From Podospora anserina (lineage: Eukaryota), in the NCBI GenBank assembly GCA_017654855.1, contig CM030337.1, positions 372,001-436,000 of the forward strand: a stretch of 64,000 nucleotides of DNA, written 5' to 3'. The notes beneath the pieces were generated by a model, which made no database searches, was not told the DNA's origin, and saw only the letters and a list, made by a program, of their open reading frames with translations. A program made the position numbers and the translations under genes. Positions 12,217 through 25,135 of the stretch are shown here, piece by piece; within the stretch, counting starts at the first letter, position 1; each line of letters begins with the position of its first letter.

Positions 12217-15200
12217 ATCACGCGCCTGCATGACGGTGCATGGTCGATCTGAGCCTTCCGTGTGGCCGCTTGTCCCGATGCGCCGCACCAGCTGTCCAAC
12301 ATAGCCAGAGCCAGCCCCGACTGATGAGTTGTACAGATGTATGTCGCTGCTGAAGAAGGACAATATTCCAAAAAAAAAAAAAAAAAGAAAAAAAGGACTT
12401 GTCATATGCAGCAGCAGCAAGCTAAAGACGGGACCGACCGAGTGGGAGTTGGAGGAGTTGCAGCAGCTCCCTCTCTGCCCTGCGTGGTGTTCTGGGGTCT
12501 GCTGGTGAGCTAATGCAGGAACAGAACCAGACCCCTGGATAAACTCCGTCCTGTCGGCCGCTCACGCGTGGCAACAGCTTCCTGCAAGGTACCGTATCAG
12601 CAACGGAGGCACCCGAGACTCAGGCGGGAGCAAAGTACCCAATACTTTGATCCCATCGTCTCACCAGAAAGGGGGCGAGCGGGGGCCAAAACCTCAAACA
12701 ACATCATGGGTACCTTGCCAAGAACCCTCCACCTGCCTCAGCTCACCACTTTCTTCTCCGACAAGACCTGGCCACAGGAGTGCCTGCCGATGGGGTCCAC
12801 AACACGTGTGAGCTTGCCCTGCGCCTTGCCATGGTATGTTTCCTTCGTCTGGGTCGCCTCCGATAAGTTCGGTATCGACGAAGGCGTACCCCTTTGTTGA
12901 GGGGGGGTGCATGATGACAAGGCTGCCCAAACACTTGGTTCGCATTGCTGATTGGAATGGGGCAAAACGGTCGACATGGCATCGGGCAGCCAAACTGCCG
13001 CGTCATCCTGCAGTAAGGTAGGTGACAGTTACCTATCATTCGGCGAAAATGGTAGTAGCGTAGGTAGAAACCCCCAAGGCTGATGGTCTTACAACTTCCC
13101 ATGTCGATTGTACAGTGAGTGAAAAAAAAATCGTCTTGTATCGTTCATACCTACCCGGGACACCGTGACATGGCATCAGGCTGTGAATCGAATTGCGGGT
13201 TCAAAGAACGCGGGGAGGCGAGGTCGGTACATAATTCGAGCCTCGCACGGCAGCAACTATTTCCAGCAGACTGCACCGTGTCCCCAGAAATAGTGATGGG
13301 TGGTGAATAATTGCAGAAAATACGACGGCTGGCGACACAATGTGCTCCCTTGCCCTTGCATCGAGTGTGAGGGACAGGATGTATCTCCGCAGGGTTCACC
13401 TCGGTGTGTTGCCGTTCGTGTTTGATTGCAACATCTCATATCCATTACGCTGGATGACAGCGAGCCGAGACCACCACCTCGTCGTGGTGAAAAGTGAACA
13501 ACGAGGCTGGCCTCTGTTTCATAACCTGCGGAGGAGGCCCCCACCTCGGCCCTCGGCGCTCTCGTGGCAGAAACGTGGGCCGGCTGGCGCTGGGGCTCCC
13601 AGAACGGGAGGTGAGATTGGCAGCGGTGGAAGGCTTCCAGAAGGTTTCTGCTGCAGGAGATGGCTGGTGGAAGCGGCCGGCACTGCTGGGCCAAGACGGA
13701 TCGATCAGTTGGGTCGATCCTCGGCTTTTCCTTTCCCAGCAGGCACCGTTGGATGGCCCGTTTTCTCCCACGCTGCAACCTGGAATGCTGGGCACAACTA
13801 CTGCGCTGGAATATATGGGATGCCAAACCGTCCTGCATGCATCGGAGCATAGTTTGTGCGTCCCCGAGTAAGCCACTATGCTGCCGACAGACCTGGCCCC
13901 AGACTTTGTTAGTGGTGTCCAACTTTGTCCAACTCTGTCCCACCCATCTCAGACTCCATGATGATGACGCCTCGCTTCATTGCTTTTGTGCTCACCTGAT
14001 CTGCTGTCTCGGCCAGCCGTGTCGAGGACTCGGAGTGAATCCAATATATATATATCAGTTGAGTCTATCCATCCCGCACACGGACAGGCGGACGGGCATT
14101 TCGTGGGTCGAGGTCGTGATACTTGATGGTTCCGACTAATTTGGTTGTGCTCCTCGCCGTCCGTCGTTGCACAGCAGACGAAAGCTACGTGCCCGCTGAT
14201 ATCTGCCCGAGAACAGGTTGGACAAGATATTCAGCTGCCCTCGTCCTTGCTGCTTGTTTGGACGCCTCAAGTTCCCGTGTTCCGGCGGAGAGAAAAATAG
14301 GGGACAATAACACGCGCTGAGCACGGGGGAAAAGGCCACCCGCCTCCCGGGCGATGCTGTTGTGCAAGTAAGTAGAGTAGGTAACCTCCGCAACTGCGTG
14401 CGTAGAGGATGTGGGTGGTACTTTGATGGTCTAAGACAAAAATCAGATACATCAATTTTGCAAATATTTACCAAGTCTCCATTCTACGCAGTGAAGCATC
14501 CGACATGCTGTAACGGCGCGCGCGCTGTCGAGAGAGCACCGGATATGCGACCCAGCTCCTTCTTTTGTGGTCTTGCATGCGATGGGGCGGTGGATTGGGC
14601 ATCACCGCATCGTTTTGGACGCTTGATCTGTCCCCGGTGTTTCTTCCGGCTCCTCACCTTGGGGCATAGGGCCAGCATCGTGAGCGCATGCCGGCTGTCT
14701 TTCTTCTTTAGCTCACCGCTCAATCACCGGCAGTTGGCGTGCTTCATGTGTTGAAACCCTCTTGCGCGCCCATCGCCAGCCGTTGGTGGTGTCTGACGCA
14801 AAAATTCAAAACTCGAGGCGAGAGGGACATCAGTGAAAAGTATTTCCGCATGGCGAGTCGTTTTGACTACGATGGAAAGACAACCCCGTGGCCGGGTAGC
14901 ACACCGTGAGGAAGGAAACGGAGGCTGTTCCGGTGTTACATTCCCATAGCCCCTCCACCTAGCCCCGCCCCCATCTGTACATACCAACAATACCTGACAG
15001 ATACAGCACCCAGCGCCGTAAAACTACAGCGGACCGCACCGAAAAATGCTTGTGCTTAGAAACACTCAACGGCCGTGGCTGACGACCAGATGGCATGGCT
15101 GCCTTGAGCTCTAAGCCCTGAGCTGAGTCATCAGCCTTCGTGCGTGAAGTGCGTGTTGTAGTAGGTAGGTAAGGTATGTGCTGCATCATATCCGGGGCAG

Positions 15201-15950
15201 GTATCGGTCTTGTATGCCATCTTCCGATCTTTTTGACCTTGGCTCGGATCCGGCCCTGGGGCAGACGGCGTTGAAGAAGCAGCGGAGTGGAGAGATGCAC
15301 CTAAAGTTCAACCGACTGGGCAGCAACCAGCAGCGGATGCAGCAGCATGCGAGGCCACCTAGACTATCATCCACGCGACGCTCTCCATCAAGACGTTCCC
15401 GATAGCACTGGACAGAGGGCCTGCCCCGGACTCATGGCATGCAGGCGACTGGTCTCGACTCGCAGACAAGGTGAGCTGTTCGTGCCATGCACGATGATGA
15501 CAGCATACCCCGCGACGTTGGGCGTCTTTCCCATCTGGGGCTCTTAGCTGGGGACAGCTACATCGAACTCAGTTCCTGCTGCTTTGCGTCTGTCGGCCGA
15601 ATGGTTATGGTCGAGGACTCGAGCTACCCGGGCCTACCGATCTGCTTGGTCGATAGGCCAAGAAGGCCATGTACAACGGCAGACGTGGACCCCCAGTTAG
15701 CCAACACTATGGGCTGTGAGCAGCTTTGCTATCAGGTGTGGGCCTAATAATAGGAATATATATCTGATGCAGTGCCACGACGACCAGCAGGTGGGAAAAG
15801 AGCCTATTATGCGGTGCACAGATGCATGGATGGATCTTCCGGGGGATGTGTCTCGAGTATCACGGTACCTCACTGGTTCCGAGATGGGAGCGCACCCGAC
15901 TTGTTTTGCGCGCCATGCTTTTCGGCGATCCACCCGTGGACCTCCTCTCA

Positions 15951-16019
15951 GGTGGTGTGTAGTGTGGTGTGGTATGGTGTGTGTGGTATGGTGTGGTGTG
16001 GTATGGTGTGGTGTGTGGT
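15951..16019 (+). repeat. Degenerate (GTGTG/GTATG)n microsatellite
   Basis: ggtggtgtgtagtgtggtgtggtatggtgtgtgtggtatggtgtggtgtggtatggtgtggtgtgtggt. Confidence 0.85.
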
Positions 16020-17954
16020 CTATGAAGCTTTGCTGGCGCTTATCTCGATGCGGGCTTTTTGGAGCAGCGAGTTGGAGATTTGGAGGGTCCAGTCTACTCC
16101 GTAGAAGTGCCGTTGGAGAGAGATGGGGGGAGATGTGGGCAAACGAATCGAGGCCTTTTTGGAGACATGTTGTTCCTGTTTGGAGGATGTTGTCTGGGCT
16201 GTGAGAGTGTGATTGTGATGACATGACAGACCATGGTCAAAGCAAACGGACGGCGCAATCCAAGACACACACAAAAAGTTAAATAAAATAAAAAAGATGA
16301 AAAAAATAAGGCAGGTGTGAATCTGATTGCTCAAAGGGCGCAAAGAAAGCAACTACACAAAAAAAGTTTTTCCTCTCCGTTTGAAATTGCACGGAGACAT
16401 TTGCAACGCCTGGAACGGAAGTCGCAGCCCGTTGTTGCCAGCCACTGTTTCTCTCTACCAACTAAAGCTCCCACGCTCCTTCCTATCCTCCCGTCCAACA
16501 TATGTCATCCATCCCGTCCATCCAGGGCAGGTCCAACTCGGTCGGAATCAGCTTTGCAGGCACTGCCTCGGGGTTTCGTACGCAGCGCACCCGACCACCC
16601 GACGTTCCATGCCTAGGTAGCTACACTAAGGTACTCTCTGCATGGATTTAGAGCGACAACAACCAAGGGGGGGACTAAGTATTGCACATTTGTCCAGAAG
16701 TACGGGTGTAGCTCGTGGTTATGGGGCCGACTACAATACGGATTGGGAACGCATGTGGCTTGTGTATCCCCAATCTCACTCGGGCCATCGACACTCGTTT
16801 CCCCTTTCATCGCATGTCTGTCCTGATGAGGGCAGCTGTGTGGACGTGCACCCGCCTGCAAATGCAACTGCACCTCCTGCTGGTCTGGTTCCTGGATTGC
16901 AGCGCTGTCCCAGCTTGTCGTTTGCCCGTTGCTTGTGCTGATCTGTGCCCTACCTAGGTAGATCCGGGCCGAGAATATTAAAAAAAACTGACAAGTTGCG
17001 ACTACAAACAAGACGATGATGTCTTGTCATCGTCGCTGTGGTCGGCGTCTGGAGAGATGGCTCGACGCTATGCTCTGATGGTCACCTTGGTGCCCACAGT
17101 GTCGCACACTCACAGGATGCTGGTTTCCCAGCTGCCAGCGGTACATGGTACGTGTGTCCTCACGCTGAGCTCTCACGCTCTCGAGCTGCTGTGGGCCCAA
17201 ACCACGATACCCCTGGCCTCAGGGAAATCCGCCGAGCCTGTCCGCTGGGATTCTGAGATGGTACATCCCGGTCCCAAAAAGGGGGACAACGGTGTCAGTC
17301 TGGAACGGTGACTCTCCACGCACGTTGCTTTGGGTCGAAACGGAGCTGCCCAGGGGTAACAGGGGTAGCAGGGGTAGCAGGGATGGGTACATTGGCTACA
17401 AGGTCACTCGGTACCTTTGAGGTGTCAGGGAGGGAGGTGTGCAATTCAACGCCAACGCCAGGCCCGGGGGGAGCAAGGGCAGGGCACCCAGGGAAAAATA
17501 GGCTGCTCTCATCATTCCCTTGTGTCCCAGCGATCCCATCCTCATTATAAGACCAAAGGGCCCCCCTTCCCCATTCCGAACATTTTCTTGGATTCCCATC
17601 ATCACACACCTCACCCTCTTCCTTCTGGCACAGGCTCCTTGTTGTTCCTGCCCCTGACTCCGGTCTCTTGTTACCATTGCATCACCGACAGCCTCGACTT
17701 AATAATACAACTTCACATCCTTCGACTGGCCGACTTGAGAAACCCAGTAATTCGAGGAACCACAGAAAGAACACGACGAGCTTGCCTCTGGACTGTCACA
17801 TACTGCGCCTCGCTCGGAAAACCAACCGCGACAGCCGACAGCACCATACATAAACCGCCATCAGCATCCCCTGACCTGACTGGACAACGCTCCTTTGCAT
17901 CATCATCGCTTCAACCGCTTCACCAGTCCTTCGCCCGTCGAGGACTTCTACACT

Positions 17955-18101
17955 GTGAGTCACCTGCCTCTTTTCAGGAAATTAAATTTTCCCATGGGTT
18001 GCGACGCTTGGCCGTGCAACGCCATTTTCCCTTGGTCTATATATATCGCCTGCGGTGCGGCACAGAAGGAAACGAAATGTGCTAACATGGCGCCGTGTCA
18101 G
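17955..18101 (+). other. Predicted 5'-UTR intron of the micropeptide gene
   Basis: GTGAGT donor at 17955, GCTAAC branch site at 18081, TCAG acceptor at 18101. Confidence 0.65.
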
Positions 18102-18135
18102 CTTCGAGTCCATTTTCGCTTCACACACATTCACA

Positions 18136-18231
18136 ATGATTGTCAGAGAGTCAGAACCCCACGCCAACTTCGGCCGCGGTGCCTATGACACCACCGGAGT
18201 GCCAAAGCCGCCTCCTCCCAAGCCCCGGTAA
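18136..18231 (+). CDS. Predicted 31-aa micropeptide MIVRESEPHANFGRGAYDTTGVPKPPPPKPR
   Basis: Strong fungal start context TTCACA-ATG, C-ending codon bias, upstream canonical intron, long T-rich 3' region; below the ORF-track length cutoff. Confidence 0.6.
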   Translation: MIVRESEPHANFGRGAYDTTGVPKPPPPKPR

Positions 18232-21200
18232 AGACCTCTCATATCGACCGGGAGATCAGCTGCAACCAATCGATTTTCCATGCAGATGCAGAGGCGGCAC
18301 CCATCTCTCGAATCACCACCCACATCCATTCCATTTCGATCCATCCTGAGGAGGAGCGACATTTTTTTATCCCACGATATCGACTTTAATCGCGTCTGTA
18401 CCACAACTTTCACCACCTTTCCCACCCCTTACTCTTTACCTAATCGGCGGTCTCGCATTCCTCTACGTCACTTTTTAATTACCATTCCTTACACATGATA
18501 CATTTATCGGCTCGGTGCCACTTGCTTCCCAGCAGCAAGTAAGGGAAGAGAAAAACGGGAGGCTTCATTCTGGATCTTTTTGTTTTGTGTCGGCTGCGCG
18601 GCGTTCAGATATATAGATGGATCGGCTTATTGATTTTTACGGGCGGTTTCCTCACTCACCACTCATAATCGACACCGATCCGCCCTAATATGCCATCACG
18701 GGCACATCAACGGTTCTGCGGTCGCATTTCTGGAGAGTTTTTTTTTCCTTTTTCCCTTTTTTTTTTCTTTTTCCTGGGGAGTCACGGTATGGGAAATCGG
18801 GATAAAGCAGGCACAAGAGGTGCTTGCGGCAAGAGTTTAAAAGGGTCAAGGATTTTTTTGGCTGGTTTTTGGGATGGGAATAAGGAACGGCCGGAAAAAA
18901 ACTGATTCGCATATAGACTCTTTGCATTTGTGTTTTTTTATCTGTATTTTTTCTTTTCTTTCGACGTCTTTGTCTTCCTCACGGGGACAAGCGTCTACAC
19001 TCGACGACACACATTTCCTTTTACCCTGTCATCACTACCTGTACACAAGCGGCGGAGTTTTACTTTTTTTCAACTTCGGCCACGAAGGGTTCTGGGCTGG
19101 GTCCGGTTCGCAAAGATACCCCCCATGGTTATTTTACTTTTTATTTTTTATTTTTTACTTTAGACATGTATATTACACGATGGCTTCACAGCCAGCCCAG
19201 CTCTGACCGACTGGGCACCAGGATCTGAGAAAATAATACGGATTCAACCTCTTACTTTTTGGCTCCTATCATGGCAATGTGAAACAAGCAGGCGGGAGGT
19301 AGCTGAGAAGAAGCATCGCGTGGCGGTAGTCATGATTGAGCAACCACAACAGCACCTCCGAGGAAACAGGAGAGTCATTTCCACTCATTCCCCCTTTGGC
19401 TGTGTTACCTGCTCAACCGGGCAATCAACACGACGATGACAACAACCTCCATCACCCAGATCGCACCCCCACTCCTCCTCAAGCCAGCTACTCAGCCCTA
19501 CACAGCTTTTCTCACACCGAACGACGCGGAATTCTGAAACGTTCCCCCCCCCCCCACTGGGCCGCCGGGAGCCCCGCGGGCACCCCGCGGGGTGTGATGT
19601 GGGCTGGCGGGATTACTCGGGTGTATTGCGTATATGTGAGTATTAAATCCGGAATCGAACCTCGTCGACATTCTGACTGATGACAGACTATATCCTCAGG
19701 CACACTCCGTCCTGTGTAAAGGAGGCAATGCAGGTTCTTTGTGCATCGCGTGGGGAGTCATACCGAGCAGGTAGGTAAGGTAGGTATGAATAGAACCACT
19801 ACACAAACTCTGGAAACCAATGAACAAACTAACCCGTCCGTTCCACACCTCTCCGAGAACCGAGAGCGGTCCCGGCCCAACCACCGCGCACACCCGACCC
19901 GACTGCTCGGACTCACCGTTGAACATCACTCTCGCAGCTGCCGACGTCATAATATGTGTTCCCTCGCTCAGGTACCAACGGTCTTCTTGTTTTTGCTGCT
20001 GCATGAATACAAAGCCAGTAGTCTAAAAATGTTTCGGGCCGGGCAACAGGATTGGATCGGTCGTAAATGGCCCGAAACGAACTTTTGGGTGTTTTTTTTG
20101 GGGGGCGGGGGGGGGGAGGACGGTTTCTTACTGTGCTGCTTGCTGCTGCTGACCGGTAACAAAGTCCGAAGCTTCCGAATGGACCATAATCTCTGTATGT
20201 AGGTAAGTAGGTTTCGTCCCAGCAGGGTGGCTCGGTAGGTGCAGCAGGAATACGTAAGGTTTAGTGTAGGCAAGGCAAGGCAAGGCAAGGTACGTTACAT
20301 CTGCATGTAATGTATGTCCCATCACCCATTTTTATTTGGCTTGTTTCTCATGCATGGTGACCAACAAACAGTAGTGTGTACATTTACCGTAGCTTAAAAG
20401 GGAACTTTACTGTGATGGATGGACACACACATACACACACATACCGTACAAAATGATGACAAAAAGCCTCTAGCGTGTGATTGTACGGCAAAGCAAACCC
20501 CCAGATTAAGTGTAATGGTGGGCAGTAGAATGTTCTATGGAGGATGAGAAATGCAAGCCCACTGCCGGTGGGGAGAAAGAAGAGTGGGTTGTGCTACACT
20601 TGGTGGGAACATACTATGGGAATATGTATTGACGGCACAGCACAGTCAGAAAGACAGGTATTGGGTTGCTTTCTAGTGAGAAGATGGTGGGTTACACACC
20701 AGGCAGGCTTCTACTGCTGCCCCCTTCGGCCACGGGACCATAAAAATCCCAAACCACGTTTCCCATGTTGCTGTGTCGGTTGGGGACTTTGTCTATGGGT
20801 GGTTGTAGTGCAGAAGCAGAGTTGGTGTACCAAGTGTGGATGATATCAATGGGCACAAGCATACAATAATAAGGGGTAGGTGAGAAATGAAGATGACGGC
20901 ATATGTCTGTCGAGTTTCTCATGTTCTCTCTTGCAGGCTGACCCTGCGTCTTGCGTGAAGTCCATATCCGCAGCTGTTGGAGATGGATCGGAGAAGGTTG
21001 CGAATTGCAGGGGTGAAAACGGACAACGTCCAGTTTCGGACCCGGGACTGCGGACCTGGGACGGCCTCGTGCAGTCTCCTTTGCTGCACGATGCACCGGG
21101 AAAGGCCGCCGGGGGTGGGGTGCTCCAAGATGCTGGGTTTTAGAGAGAGAGAACTGCCCCCCACTTGCCTCTCTCTTTCATAGATACAGACAGCTCATGC

Positions 21201-24200
21201 AAAGAAATGAAAGCCAATCACTGATAGCATGCCGTCTGGAAAATGCTCGCTTGTGGTTGACGTCTTGGCTTGAGACTTTGTTTTGTTGGAATTTGTGGCG
21301 TCTGGGGGTTGCTTTTGATGCTGAGTGAGGCACTTGAGGGAAACATTTGGGTGGGGTTGTCCAAGTTGTGGCTTGCAATTCGAGGGATGATCCACTTCTG
21401 GCAGCCCGTGGACACTGGCATGCTCCCGGCAACTTCTCCCACCAATCTCCTGGAATGACCCACTCGTGACAACCTTCATATATTCAATTTGAACAGGCAC
21501 GTGTATGCTGTCATCCAATGAGTTGGAATCTCTGTCCGCAGATGACTCGGTTGTATATTTAAAACTCTCGGTTCTGTTTCCCTCACTGCGGCACCGCCAC
21601 AACACGGCTCCGAGCTAGCGCCGGATCGTATTGTTACACTACGTCTTCCATCATCGCCTATGCGCTGGTGGTCGACTACGCCGCCATGTGCGCAGCAGTC
21701 GATGGTCCCCTTCGTAAGACGCAAGTCACCCAACTGAGAATGATGACCACCATCATGAACAGGTCGCACCGGGTATTCCCTTTTGGATCCCGCCCACCGT
21801 TCGCTCTAGCGTTTTGCCTTTTGGCTCACCGACAAGCTACCGTCCGTTGCGGCGGTTCATCCCATCTCCCATCATCATCATCATCATCGTCATCACCACC
21901 AACCGCCAACATCCCGTCGTTTCCGTCTGACATACAGGAGAAGTGCGTGGGGGTTGTCTGCTCACTCGTCTCGACGGTTGCCTGCTCCACCACGCCCAAA
22001 CACCGCATTCACTGATATGAGATACACACGACTATCTGGCTGGAAAGTTTCACCGCATTGGGCCAAATTGCTAATGGCACGTTGGTGGGGTGAGCTGTGA
22101 TTGTGTATCATTTGATCTGTAACCTCACTTTCTTCTTTGTTTCCTCGTCCTTCTCTTCGATTCCCTTTCGTTGGACAAGACAGACTCTCGGCTCGTGTTT
22201 TCATTTGCACTAATGCCCATCAATGGGGCATCCGGAGCGACAGTCCATCGCCGGGCCTAGGAACGGTGATGCCGCCGACTGGTTGCCATGGGCCGACAGG
22301 TCGTCCATTCGCGCCCCCGGCCCAGACCGCGGAGGGATTCCCGGTAGGATGGCTCGTGATGGGTCGCTCTCGCTTGGGGCGTCGAGCCCGCAGGCGGCGC
22401 TCTGAGACAGGAGATGGTCCCCACTTGACAATCGCCAATCCTGGGACGGCGTCGCTTCTTGACGGTGATCGGTCCAACGAGCCTTTCCTCTCGAGGCTTG
22501 GTTCCTGATTAGGCGTCGGCCATTCTCAAATCCCAACTGGGATTCCCCTTGAAGTGGCACATTGGTATTGGGGTCCATTCCTTCTGGAAACTGTGGACAC
22601 ACACAGAAGCCTTCCCAGTCAGCGCCATCGCTTCCCATTTGCCGGTGCTTGGTGTCTGGGCACTACATTCGTCTGCAGCAGCATCACTTTGATCCCGACC
22701 CCTTGGGTCTTCTGTTGCTGTGTGATGGTCGAGCCGTGTGGCTTGAAGCTGAACTTTTCCCATCACTGTCCTTGCTTTGACAAGGTGACAAGCAAGCTCA
22801 ACCAACCTGATATGTCTCATCGGTTTTGAAAACTCTTTCGCAGCTGGATGCTGCTTTTGGAACCAGGAGACGTCATTGCCATCCAACTTTGATATGTCAC
22901 TTGGCCCCCTGACGCAAATGCCAAAAAGGCCGACGTTTTCTTATTTCGAGACTTGGCGGCAGCGAATGACACAGAGGCAACCAAAGACACGGGAAGTTTG
23001 AAAAAGCAAATTCCAACTAAAGCCTCCCGCCACCAAAAAAACAGCTTTGGATTTTTGGTCTTGACCCATGAACAAAAGGCAAATAGTGACGCAGGGGAGT
23101 TGAATGAGGCACTTGCCCTCAAAGTCACTCTTTTCTCCCTCGAAACGGAGCCCATTCCCAGCACAATTACGGGAAACACCCGCCGTTTTGGAAGACATCA
23201 CCCTCCCCCAAGACAGTCCCTTTAAACGGCGTTAATCATCGCTAGTCCCACGTGCTTGACGCCGCCATACGCCACCGGTAGTCTGAGGGGTGTTTCCCCG
23301 GGGGCCCGAAGAGACCAACCGGATCTCGCCCGTCCACTTTCCCACTTGCCCACGTTTTTTAGTGCAAGCGGCGGCTCTGGTCGGTCTTGGATTGGGGGCC
23401 GTCTCAAGCTGGCGTTGTGTCTCGGAGCCCCTTGATCCTATCTTGGTTTTAAGTAGTAAGCACCTTATCAGAGCTCCGGATGGGGGTGGGTATGTTGAGA
23501 CATCGAGATTAACTAGCTCTGAAAACTCTGAAAGGAAAAGGATGGGTTTCCCAACGACGGAGAAACACGAATCGGACCTAGGTTGGGATCTATCACGATC
23601 TCCGGTCAACTTTCTCGGTGGGATCTTCAATTGCTTCTTTCCCGGGGGCTCGAGATGTCAAAACGGTGCGGTGAAACCCGGATGGGGAATAGACAAGGAG
23701 AGAGCCAAGGGGCCTGTCGATGATAGTGGCCTTCGAGAAGTTCTAGCTCTGTCCCGAGTGGATGGTAGCTGGGATCGTTGGAGGCAGCTAGAATTAGGGC
23801 GAGGAGCGACAACAAGTGTGGCATGGAGGGTGTGAGGGCCATTAAGGGGTGTAGGTAGCACACATAGAAGAACAACGCACACCACACCACAGAAGGATCA
23901 GGTGTGAGTGGGATCGGGCATCAGTTTCGGCAGTAGCGGGGAATAGACAGGGACAAGATTGCCTCATGGCAAGGAGGTTCAGCTGTCTGAGGCAATACGA
24001 GGCGAACGGAGGTCAGCTTAGTGAGGTCTCATCAGCTCAACATTCTCTTCACGAGAACTTGTGTCTGTGCAGAAGTATTGTGTACAAGATCACAGTGTGC
24101 ATTTCGTTCGGCAAGTTATCGGGGGCTTGAGCAGGTTGACAGTGAAAGCAGAAGTCAGAAATGAGCAGGCATGTCATGTCTGACCTGTAGAGACTGGGGA

Positions 24201-24724
24201 TGAACATGAAGGTTCTGACTATAGTAGACCAAACCTACCTATGTACCACTGGTTGGCGCCTCTAGGCCATCTTCAAGCCTCTTGGGGAATCTTTCAAGGC
24301 CTATCGTTCATATTTCAAGGTCTCTGTCTCAAGCAGCACTGCAGCGGCCTACTATCTTGTCCTCGACATTAGAGGGTGTGAACGATAACAGAAACTGACT
24401 TATTAAGCAGAATAGTTAAGTCCGAATCCATAGATCTCAGTTCGGATTGGTACCTTGCCAAGAGTTCTATACATGTGTTTGAGAACAGCACATAGCTAGC
24501 AAAATACCTATCTATCGGCAGTTCATGCTCTCACCCAACCCAGAGCTCAGATTTTGAGATACCTTAGAATAACAGGGACAGGCTGAGTTTCGAGTCATTG
24601 AGGAGGCAATATCAACCAGCCTCATCCCAACTTACACCATCCTCCACACACTCCACACTTCCACAAACCCTACTCATAAACCCACAGAATGTCACCACAA
24701 CCATCAAATAATGGGTGTAGCCTC

Positions 24725-24815
24725 GCCCGGCTAGCTCAATCGGTAGAGCGTGAGACTCTTATGTACAGAGTACTCCGAAATCTCAAGGTTGTGGGTTCGA
24801 CCCCCACGTCGGGCT
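24725..24815 (+). tRNA. tRNA-Lys(CTT) with intron
   Basis: Same cloverleaf as the 5709 copy; intron ~TGTACAGAGTACTCCGAA. Confidence 0.97.
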
Positions 24816-25135
24816 CAATTCCCGTCGACAACGATTCGATATCATTTTTGTGGTATGCTTCAAAATTGTCTTATAGATGGCAGAGTCCTTGGTTGGGAGC
24901 AAGACTCGCCTCCTCATGGGTGCAGTCAATAACCAAGTTCTTTTTGCTTCGTTGACGAGTATTGATCTGATTCTGATTTGCCTGGTCATTCGGGCGATGA
25001 TATGATAGTGATATGAGCACTGCTGTCCAGAGAGCAAATTGGTAACTTGTCATCGAAGAGCCGTTTTCGGCCAGAAGCTCCTACACCACTCGTCCACATG
25101 AACCGTCATGCGGTCGAAATCATACACAGACAACT

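Noticed and set aside
10529-17311. Many 100-300 aa ORFs in the desert (e.g. 10529-11452, 13257-13943, 15697-16224)
   Set aside because: No domain motifs, they run through microsatellites and homopolymers, and lack codon bias; consistent with random ORFs
18038-18045. TATATATA as the TATA box of the micropeptide gene
   Set aside because: Falls inside the predicted 5'-UTR intron; it would matter only for an alternative unspliced TSS
19581-19594. Perfect 14-bp palindrome CACCCCGCGGGGTG
   Set aside because: Single occurrence in a GC-rich patch with no supporting context
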